Shown in pieces: positions 54,335-64,000 of a stretch of 64,000 nt of DNA. This DNA comes from Eledone cirrhosa. Taxonomy: Eukaryota. Below the pieces are notes generated by a model that worked only from the letters and a program-made list of their open reading frames with translations, searched no databases and was not told the DNA's origin. A program made the translations under genes and the position numbers. The stretch is from contig OZ024747.1 in the NCBI GenBank assembly GCA_964016885.1, forward strand, positions 55,304,001 through 55,368,000, given 5' to 3'. Position 1 is the first letter of the stretch. Each line of letters opens with the position of its first letter.

Positions 54335-57300
54335 TTCTTTTATTTGCCACTAGGGCATCAAAAGTGGGACAAGTACAAAGGGGGGAGTTTACACAAAAAG
54401 GCGTCCTCAATAAGGAGGAGGCAATAACAAAATATAAAAATAAAATAAGATATAACAAAAAATAAAATTTTTAACAAAATCCTCAATAGAGAGGAGGCGC
54501 CTTGGGGGGTCGCACACACCCCCGAAAAAAGTGTGCAACCCTTCTCCTCAGGAGCACAGAGAAGGGGTGCTCCCTTTGTCTTTCATCTTCCTCACCTATA
54601 GTCTGATGTAGAGTGAAGGCCCATTCACACGGGCCATTCTCGCCACTTTCACCCATCTTTCATAGAAACGGCTGGGGTGCAGCACCTCTCTCTCCATCCT
54701 GATCCTTCTTCCGAAATGATATCGGAAGAAACGGACCAGTTGTTGGCCAGAGAGAAAGGTGCCCGACCTCAGTCCTTTCAGACGCGTCCACCATACAACC
54801 TCTTTCGCCATGGCTATTACGCACAGAAACACCGCCTCTGCTTCATCTTTGAAGGGGGGAGGCGGCTTGTCATTACAATAGACTCGGTGGTCAACCGGAT
54901 CGGTCCCACCCTTGACAGCAGTTGTTCGACATAGCCCCACAGATCGGCTACGCCCGAGCAGTGTACTAATGCGTGTGCAACGGTTTCCTCGTCGCACACG
55001 CATCTGGGACAGATCTTTTTGGCGGGGTCCCTACCCGGGCGCCCGTGTCTGTAGAGCCTTTCTCGAACGGATAAAGCCCCTCGGTAGCACTGCCAGGCCA
55101 GGGACTTCTGGAAGTTGTCCATAGGTCCCGGGCTGAATGTCCTACCGAACAGGCTGGCCAGTTCGTCCTCCTCCATGTCTAGGGCTTCTCCGAGGGCGTC
55201 GTCGCACCTGCTGCGTACCAGCCCTCTATAGAATGTTGCGGTGGAGTCTCCACTGATAACCGGATCCGCCTGCCAGAGGGCAGTGAGCGCCTGGGCACAC
55301 TCAGTGTGCCAGGTGCCCAGTTTTCTCGGTCTTTGCTTGACCCAGGATTGCAGCTCGGTGAGTGAGACGAGTCTGGGAAAGGTTCGTCTCACAAACGAGG
55401 CCCACACCGGTTGTCCGGTGAGGAATACGTAGAGGTGCCGTAGCCTTAATGCGTGTTTACGCATCATTAGCCACAGCATCCCCAGCCCTCCTTTCGAAGG
55501 GTGTTGACAGCAGATGGATCTCCTCACCATAGGAGCCCGCCTCTTCCAAAGGAATTGGAAGAGCGCGCGCTCCATCTTGGTGAGGGTTTCCCTTGGGCAG
55601 GGCACTACGGTCAGGCGGTAGTAGATGACGGACGCTATGTAGGTGTTCGCCACCTCCGCCCGACCTTTCAGGGATAGTTTGCAACTGGTCCACTTCTGGG
55701 TCAGTGCAAACACCCTGTTCGTAACCTCCGCCCAGTTTTTCTCCACCTGGAGGTCCGGTCCGAACCAGACCCCGAGCAACTTCACCGGGCCCTCCGTCCA
55801 GCGTCCGACGACGCTATCGGGGGGCATCGGTCTGCCCCTCCACGTGCCGAGTTGCAAACCGATCGACTTGTCCCGGTTCAGCTTAGCCCCTGTGAACTTT
55901 TCGTACTCCTCCAGTAAGGTGCCGACCGCCTCGATTTCGGAGGCCGTCGACACCATTACTGTCACGTCATCGGCGTAGGCCGACACCGCTTTCCGCAATC
56001 CCGGTTCCAAAGGGATGCCCTGCAACAACTCCAACTTCCGCAGTAGTGGCTCGAGAGTCAACACATACAGAAGGGAGGAGAGAGGGCACCCTTGTCGGAT
56101 GGACCGCGCGATTTTGAACGGCTCCGAGAGGTAGCCGTTCACCTTGACCCTAGAGCAGATGCGGCTGCTGTGCATAGCAGTGATCCAGCCCCTGAAAACG
56201 GGTCCGAAGCCTGCCGCCGCTAGCACCGCATCCAGGTAACCATGGTCGACCCTATCGAACGCCTTAGATTGATCCAAGTTGATCAGAGCCCCACCAAAGC
56301 CGGGTTCGTTCCCAACCCTCTCTATGATGTATCGCATGAGGTAGAGGTTGTCATGGATGGACCTGGACGGGATAGCGCATGTCTGCGCATCTCCCACCAG
56401 GTTGCCCACGACAAGCGCCAACCTCTTTGCTAGCACCTTGGCCAAAATCTGTAACTCTGTATTTAGCAGTGTTATGGGCCTGAAGTTACTTATTTCGTCC
56501 CCCTTGTTCTCGTCCTTCCTCACTAGCGTGACTACGCCCTTGGTCACAGTACAGGGAATTCTCCCGTTCTGTTGCCAGTTGCAGTAGACCGCGTCGAGGA
56601 GATCGGGGAACAAGTCCGGCATAGCTAGATATAATTCGTAAGGAAGACCATCGAGACCCGGGGATTTGCGTTTGCCGCATTGGCTCAGCACGTCCTCTAT
56701 CTCAGCGGCCGAAATCGGCTCCTCGCAGGACTTCGCCTCCCTGTCCGAGAGGCGCGGCAGGCCGTCGAGGTATGGACCGAAGTCCACGTTCCCAACCGGC
56801 TCCCCGCCCCCCCCCCCGAACAGTCGGGCAAAGTGCCTTTGAAAGGCCTCACACATCTGCTTAGGCTCAAGAATCGCCCGTCCATCCAGGTCTCGCAAAG
56901 ACCGGATGGTGGATTTAGTTCCACTGTTGGCCTCTGTCACGCGGGCCCAGCTAACAGCTTTGGTCCCCTCGTTCCCTAGAGCACGTATTTTACTTCGGAC
57001 AACGCAGCCTTCGTGCTTCGCGTCGAAAAACTGGCTCAAAGCCGTTCTCGACGCTAGCACTCTGGCCACGTCGCCGCTTCTAATTGCCTCTTCTACTCTA
57101 TCTATTAGCTCCCTTTCCTTCCTATTCCTATCCGCAGCTAGAACCTTACTAAATTCTATCGAGACTACTCTAATCTCTCTCTTTAGAGATACCCACCACC
57201 TGCTGTTGACGATCGCTCCAGTCAACCGTTCCTTAACTAACGTACTAATCCGATTCCTGGAGGCTCTACTTGCCGACAAGGACAAGTTGAGCTTCCAGTA

Positions 57301-57492
57301 ACCGGGGCCCTGTCTATGAGTTCTGTCAAGGTTGACCATGCAGGTCACTAATTTGTGGTCTGAATAGACAACAATGCGCATTTTTGGACAACTTAAAAAG
57401 TCCTTATCCTTAATTCTAACTAAGAACCTATCTAGGTACGACCTAGATGATCCTCTACGATTTGCCCAAGTCCAGGTTGGCGCAGTCGGAAA

Positions 57493-57494
<2 letters not shown>
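54334..57494 (-). mobile_element. Tx1-B LINE (B2), 5'-truncated within the endonuclease, between (GATA)n arrays
   Basis: ORF2 runs from FPTAPTWTW to ...GPSLYIRL* (54596) with one frameshift near 54870. (GATA)n at 54267-54333 and 57494-57534. Confidence 0.93.
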
Positions 57495-57535
<41 letters not shown>

Positions 57536-57770
57536 TAACCAACTCGAACGCGCACAATATATAAACGAATTCCTCGGGCAGATGTTTTACTTTTTATGCA
57601 CAAATGTAAAATATATTTAACAAGTATATATAGATTATTCTAAAAATCCACCAGCGCCGATGTGTGGCGTTCTCACACGTCGACTGAGATGGCTGTCACG
57701 TGATCACTATTTAAGTCTATCACAGTGAGACATATATATCTTTATTGTAGAGAGCGTATTAGACATGATA

Positions 57771-57838
<68 letters not shown>

Positions 57839-57878
57839 AGAAACTATTATTATTGGGACCCTTTGGTCTCGAAAATCC

Positions 57879-57905
<27 letters not shown>

Positions 57906-57909
<4 letters not shown>

Positions 57910-59586
57910 TAAACAGAATAGAAAATGCTGACAAATTGTTCACAGTGAAAAATAGTTTAATTAGGAATAAGTGAGAATTAGTAATAGTATTGGTTAGTAT
58001 TCAGTTTTGGTTTTAAGTTTTACCGGTTGCGCATTTCTAATGCTTTTCAAAAATAATTTTGAGATAGAGCGTCCGTGATGTTTGCTCTGATCTTATTAGT
58101 TTTGGGAATTCTACCTGTTTTTATGTTAAAAAAGTGGCTCCAGCGGTATTAAATAAGTTTTGCGCCAATTCGTGTTGCAGAAATTCTTGTGGTCAAAACA
58201 ATTTTGATTGGTCGGTAGGGACTACCCTGCATCACTAATTGACAATGGAATCCAACGTGCCCTAAGACTCAGTACCCAGGACCTTAGACACCCTAAAGTA
58301 AATTAACCGAAACTAAAAGCTCTTCGATACATCTCCACACACAACCCCCTCAACAATGAGGCCTTTGACACCATCCTCCAGAACATCCCTGTGTTGAAAA
58401 AGGACCATAGAATGAACCAAATCCTACGAACACACGATATCATAAAGAGCAAAAGACAATCTAAGTCAATGAAAAACATCCTAACATATGCCAAAGTACT
58501 GTCAACCACAACAATGAAACCCACAGTAAGAAAATGCGATAGACCCAACTGTGGCATTTGCATCAACCTAATAGAGGGTTCGGAATTCTATTTCAAAGTA
58601 GGACAAAGTTTTATAGTAAAACACAATTTCACATGCGCATGAGAAAATCTAATATATGTATTAACTTGCTCAGGTTGTCGAGTAGAATACATAGGCCAGA
58701 CCAAAAACAGCCTCCGCCAACGCATGACTGTCCATAGATGCCAAATTAAAATACGGGAATACAGGAAAATACCACTGAGTGAACACATTGATACCTGTGC
58801 CGCCCAAAACCATCCCAACTTCAGAATCTTTCCCCTCTACAAATTTAAAGATAATGCCTCCCACACCCAGCGCATCAGCAAGGAACAAATACGGACCCCG
58901 TCTAAACACTTCTCCCTAAGACGAACCCACAACATACACACGTCAACATACATACCTACATCAGCACACATCTCTACACAATGACATGCGTAAACACACA
59001 TGTTCTATGGTGCAACACAAATATACACAAATTTGCATACCTTTTGATGTCTATAGATATAAACGTGCCGACACACACACATACATAAACGCACACATGC
59101 ATTGCACACTGATGGGCACATACATATTTGTGCACAGGTATTCCAATACGGCAAAGCCTAATGAATTCCCCTCGCAGTACGTACAATCTGGACACACTCC
59201 AGATACATGTGTAGAATTTGTGCACAAGTATACAATTTGTGCACAGGTATACAATTTCTGGACACACTACAGATACATATTTGTGCACAGGTATTCCAAT
59301 ACGGTAAGGCCTAATGGAATCCCTTTGCAGTACGTACAATCTGGACACACACACACACTCACACACACCTTGGTATTATACCAATACTATATATCATTTC
59401 ACACCTTTTATTATTAAGGTTTTTGATGTTCTATTGAGAGAATCGATTTTACTGAAAATATCGAATAATGTACACCATTTTACCAGAAATAAATACCCCC
59501 CCCCACACACACACACACATTCTCTCTCACACACACACACATATATACACACACACATACACACGCGTACATTAACATACAAAGAG

Positions 59587-59632
<46 letters not shown>

Positions 59633-60271
59633 CTCCGTATAAGACAAGAGCTGAAAAATATATTTTAACATGTTAAAATATCCCCCACACACTTACAGAC
59701 ACATTCCTACTGACCATCCCTCTACCACGAATTACTCTGCTACACACACACACACACACACACTTGTCTTAATAGGTATTTGAACTGTCAACAGGCTGCG
59801 GTCGCACACACATCCCTGCTGACCATTATCACAACAACGAACCTCTTTACTAATACTACACACACACACACATATTTGTTGTGAAAGACTTATTTCTCAG
59901 TCAGCCGACACAAACCTACATTTGGCGCAAAATCAATTTTTTACATTCACATGACCTCTACCGACCAATCAAAATTGTTTTGACCACAAGAATCTTTGCA
60001 ACAAGAATTGGCGCAAAACTTATTTTAATACCGCTGGGGCCACTTTTTTAACATAAAAACAGGTAGAATTCCCAAAACTAATCAGATCAGAGCAAACATC
60101 ACGGACGCTATATCTCAAAATTATTTTTGAAAAGCATTAGAAATGCGCAACCGGTAAAACTTAAAACCAAAACTGAATACTAACCAATACTATTACTAAT
60201 TCTCACTTATTCCTAATTAAACTATTTTTCACTGTGAACAATTTGTCAGCATTTTCTATTCCGTTTACCAA
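57906..60271 (+). mobile_element. Penelope-like element (Neptune type), 5'-truncated, with ~313-bp inverted pLTRs
   Basis: Arms at 57906-58218 and 59958-60271. Remnant KCDRPNCGIC...NLIYVLTCSGCRVEYIGQT...RMTVH (GIY-YIG with stops) at ~58230-58900. Confidence 0.88.
59119..59350. repeat. ~80-bp direct duplication in the PLE 3' region
   Basis: tacatatttgtgcacaggtattccaatacgg...gtacgtacaatctggacacac occurs twice. Confidence 0.85.
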
Positions 60272-60337
60272 TATATAATGACTTGTGTGTTACACCTCTA
60301 TTCTTTTAAATATATATATATATATATATATTAGAAA

Positions 60338-60956
<619 letters not shown>

Positions 60957-61055
60957 ATATATATATATATGTATAGATATATATATATACATATATGTAT
61001 ATGTATATATGTATTTATATAGATGCATATATATGTATATATATATATATGTGTG

Positions 61056-61500
61056 TGTAATCTGAGTTTTTCGAATATTAATAATAACATTCGATTCGTT
61101 TGCAATTATGCAAACAAGCCTCATTTTTATAGCCATGTCATTAGAATGAATTCTTCATTCTTGCTCTTGTATTGTCATGTAAACAGAACTGCAGAAAGAT
61201 TAGTGCCTGCACTTCTGTTTACATGCCAACACAAGAATAGACTATTCAAACAGAACTCAAAACGTTGAGTTCTAGTTTTGAATATGTCACTATCTATAAA
61301 ACAACTTTTGTATTTTATCTGATGAGGGCGTACCAACATTTTAGTACCCTTGAAATATATATAATAAAATAAACATGGTTTTATAAAGATAGTTTCCATT
61401 TATTAATATCATTGATATTATACTCCGGAAGAAAGCTGTAGAGTTTTTCTAATATACTGTAAACTAAATTTGTTTAATAATCAACAAATTAAATAACTCA
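61056..61500 (+). mobile_element. Non-coding, multi-hairpin, hammerhead-bearing element between (TA)n tracts
   Basis: Hairpins at ~61176-61225 and ~61240-61288, hammerhead at 61311. Homolog at 45631. Confidence 0.6.
61311..61371 (+). ncRNA. Minimal type-I hammerhead ribozyme
   Basis: Stem I TATTTTAT/ATAAAATA, CTGATGA, stem II GGGcGTAC/GTACCC, GAAA, palindromic stem III ATATATAT, AUA site at 61361-61363. Confidence 0.75.
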
Positions 61501-61513
61501 TTGATTATATATG

Positions 61514-61598
<85 letters not shown>

Positions 61599-61641
61599 AG
61601 TAAGTATGTTTTGAAACAGTGAGCGAGTATGAAATTAGAAA

Positions 61642-61825
61642 ATATATAGCTTTCACCGTATTTTTAACTAAAGGAATTTTAGCTTGATAACGGGGTTTAG
61701 AACCCTCAGATAAATGGAAAAAGATGAGTATTGACGTACGTCAATACTCATCTTTTTCCATTTATCTGAGGGTTCTAAACCCCGTTATCAAGCTAAAATT
61801 CCTTTAGTTAAAAATACGGTGAAAG

Positions 61826-61833
<8 letters not shown>
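61642..61833. repeat. Perfect 192-bp palindrome with no spacer
   Basis: Centre gacgt|acgtc at 61737/61738; 96-bp arms. Confidence 0.95.
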
Positions 61834-61854
<21 letters not shown>

Positions 61855-61861
<7 letters not shown>

Positions 61862-64000
61862 TAAAATAACAGATTAAAGTTTAAGCAAAGTATCGTCTTC
61901 CTGTCTTCCTCCGGTTGCAACGTTTTTTGAAATATCCAGTACTGCGTTTACAGATTGACTTTGTTAGTTTCAGAAGATCCCGTTAAGGGTGAAATCAGCG
62001 ATTCTTTGCTTAAACTTTAATCTGTTATTTTAATAAATATTTGCTCTTCGGTTCTTATATATTTGATATATATTTTCCTTATCGAGCCCTCTTTGGATTT
62101 TAGTCTTCAATGTTATTATTATTACTATTTGGCTCCTTCGGTTGAGCACTCTATTGACTTATATTCATCATGCAGAAACAACATCTGAATATTTCTACAA
62201 AGAACATACCCGTACCAAGCAGGAAAACATACCTAAAACTCCTGATACAGAAAACAGACGCGTTCATTAAAAGGTTGCTTTGGCGTGCCTTTTATTTCGA
62301 TAATCCGCGAAAAGCAGACAACAAACAGGACAAATTTGGATTTAAAACCTATAATAACCCTCCGTGGAACCCAGCATTGCTACCCTTCGAAAATGATGTC
62401 TTGGAACTCATTCGGAGTATCAAATTTCGGAATAGGAGCAATTCCTTCCAGCAAGACCTGAAGAATAGAATTCGTTCTATTAAGGATTCTAACGCCGTGC
62501 ACGTCCATTCCGACAAAACAGGCAACCTATATCAAGTGGAGCGCAGTACTTACCATCAACTACTACATAATGCTGTAACTAAGGATTACCGTAAAACTGA
62601 TCGGTGTGTCATCAATGAAATCAACGATGCTGGGTTTAAAATCACATCTGATCTCAACATCCTGGACCGGACCGAACCTCTGGACCCTATCTCTCCCCAC
62701 TTTACCCTGAAGGATCACAAATCCAATTTTCCGAACAACCCCTCTATTCGGCTTATTAACCCTACGAAGTCCGATTTAGGTAGACTTAGTAAAACGATTC
62801 TTGATAGAATTATACCTAAAATTAGAAGTTTGTCCCCTCTCGCACTGTGGAACAATTCTTTCGCGGTGATTGATTGGTTCAACGGCATATGTAACAAGGA
62901 ACATTGCCGTTTTATCCAATTCGACATCAACAATTACTACTCCTCCATCACTTTACCACTTCTCCTTAGAGCTATCAATTTCGCTAAAACACTCACAGTG
63001 GTTAAGGATTTCGAAGTTGATGTCATCCTTAATGCCCGAAAGTCGGTGATTAATTTCGACGACTCTATTTGGATTAAAAAATCCAATAGTACCCCATTCG
63101 ACGTGAGTATGGGCGCCAGTGACTCTGCGGAGGTTACTGATCTTATTGGCCTTTTCCTTCTTTTCTCTATCAAGGACGAATTCCCCAACGCGGGCGGTGG
63201 TTTGTACCGTGACGATGGTCTTTTGACCATGACTAAGTGCGGACCTCGTGCTTGCGACAGATTCAGAAAAGAACTCACAGCCTTCTTTAAAGGCTTCAAC
63301 CTCTCTATACAGGTTGAGGCCAATCTCTCGGTCGTTAATTACCTCGACGTTACCCTCAATTTATTGAATGGGTTGTATTACCCGTATAGAAAGCCGAATG
63401 ATACGCTTAATTACATAAGTAAGCATTCCAACCATCCTGCCAGCATAACCAAGAACCTGGTAAAAAACGTTTCGTTGAGGCTTTCCCGTCTTTCCACCAA
63501 CGAGCGCATTTTCAACGACCATTCCATTTATTACAATGAAGCTCTTGCTCGAAGTGGATTTGTCGATAGGGTAGCATATACAGAGTACGAGAATAGAGAT
63601 AGAAGAAATAGATCCCGTCGCATTTGTTGGTTTAACCCACCATATAATATGGAGGTGGCCACACCATTAGCTAAGATCTTTCTTTCCCTTATTACGAAGC
63701 ATTTTCCCCCTACACATAAATATAGCAAAATTTTTAATAGAAACACTATTAAAATTTCTGACTCTACGACTCCTAACCTTACACATAACATCACAGCTTC
63801 ACATTTAGCTAAAGTACATAGCCGTAGGAACACGTGCAACCCTGTAGTTAGTACTAACTGTAATTGTAGGAATCGGGCTGATTGTCCCCTATCCGGAAAA
63901 TGCCTCTCTAGTAACATTGTCTACAAATGTAAGGTTGTAACACCCACGTCCCGTAGGGCCTACATAGGGTTAACCGCCAATAGTTTCAAGCAGCGTCTTT
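61855..64000 (+). mobile_element. Penelope-like element, probably Naiad type, running off the window end
   Basis: 5' pLTR with a 36-bp inverted terminus (61855-61890 and 62003-62038) directly after (TA)n, followed by a long RT-EN ORF. Confidence 0.88.
62170..64000 (+). CDS. PLE reverse transcriptase plus GIY-YIG endonuclease (at least 610 aa, no stop in window; missing from ORF track)
   Basis: Manual translation: MQKQHL..., SDKTGN, TLKDHK, RLINP, QFDINNYY, FDVSMGASDSAE, GLYRDDGL, NYLDV, SNHP, WFNPP, CNCRNRADCPLSGKC, NIVY...YIGLT..FKQR. Confidence 0.92.
   Translation, partial: MQKQHLNISTKNIPVPSRKTYLKLLIQKTDAFIKRLLWRAFYFDNPRKADNKQDKFGFKTYNNPPWNPALLPFENDVLELIRSIKFRNRSNSFQQDLKNRIRSIKDSNAVHVHSDKTGNLYQVERSTYHQLLHNAVTKDYRKTDRCVINEINDAGFKITSDLNILDRTEPLDPISPHFTLKDHKSNFPNNPSIRLINPTKSDLGRLSKTILDRIIPKIRSLSPLALWNNSFAVIDWFNGICNKEHCRFIQFDINNYYSSITLPLLLRAINFAKTLTVVKDFEVDVILNARKSVINFDDSIWIKKSNSTPFDVSMGASDSAEVTDLIGLFLLFSIKDEFPNAGGGLYRDDGLLTMTKCGPRACDRFRKELTAFFKGFNLSIQVEANLSVVNYLDVTLNLLNGLYYPYRKPNDTLNYISKHSNHPASITKNLVKNVSLRLSRLSTNERIFNDHSIYYNEALARSGFVDRVAYTEYENRDRRNRSRRICWFNPPYNMEVATPLAKIFLSLITKHFPPTHKYSKIFNRNTIKISDSTTPNLTHNITASHLAKVHSRRNTCNPVVSTNCNCRNRADCPLSGKCLSSNIVYKCKVVTPTSRRAYIGLTANSFKQRL

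Noticed and set aside
54817-57603. 928-aa ORF as an intact protein
   Set aside because: The N-terminus is flanking DNA and (TATC)n, the EN is truncated and the C-terminus is frameshifted.
58640-58642. In-frame TGA in the Neptune-like GIY-YIG as possible selenocysteine
   Set aside because: It falls at a likely Ser position (TCA to TGA), not a Cys position, and a TAA also disrupts the frame upstream.
61970-62005. Hammerhead in the Naiad-like pLTR (cagaaga-tccc..gggt-gaaa)
   Set aside because: The core lacks U4 and no stem I pairing was found.

Overview
This is eukaryotic, AT-rich, microsatellite-saturated DNA with no recognisable host exon. The SINE families and simple repeats look cephalopod/octopus-like (inference). 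The window is a dense retroelement landscape. (1) Tx1-clade (L1-group) LINEs in two lineages: lineage A ends in (TTA)n, and the three lineage-B copies all sit inside (TCTA/GATA)n arrays in the same orientation. (2) Four 5'-truncated R4/Dong-type elements, each between (TTA)n runs; three are stacked in one array. (3) Several Penelope-like element (PLE) families with inverted pseudo-LTRs, usually abutting (TA)n, including an uninterrupted 610-codon RT plus GIY-YIG ORF (62170 to window end) missing from the ORF track. (4) Several minimal type-I hammerhead ribozyme motifs, some with a U3:A8 core swap. (5) Fragments of RTE, RTEX, CR1, Vingi/Ingi, CRE and Helitron elements, and tRNA-derived SINEs that form head-to-tail dimers. 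The strongest signal is an apparent partition of microsatellite targets (GATA to Tx1-B, TAA to Dong, TA to PLE), with other elements' 3' tails possibly seeding those targets. Most short ORFs in the track are microsatellite or antisense artefacts. All calls are by eye; no searches were run.
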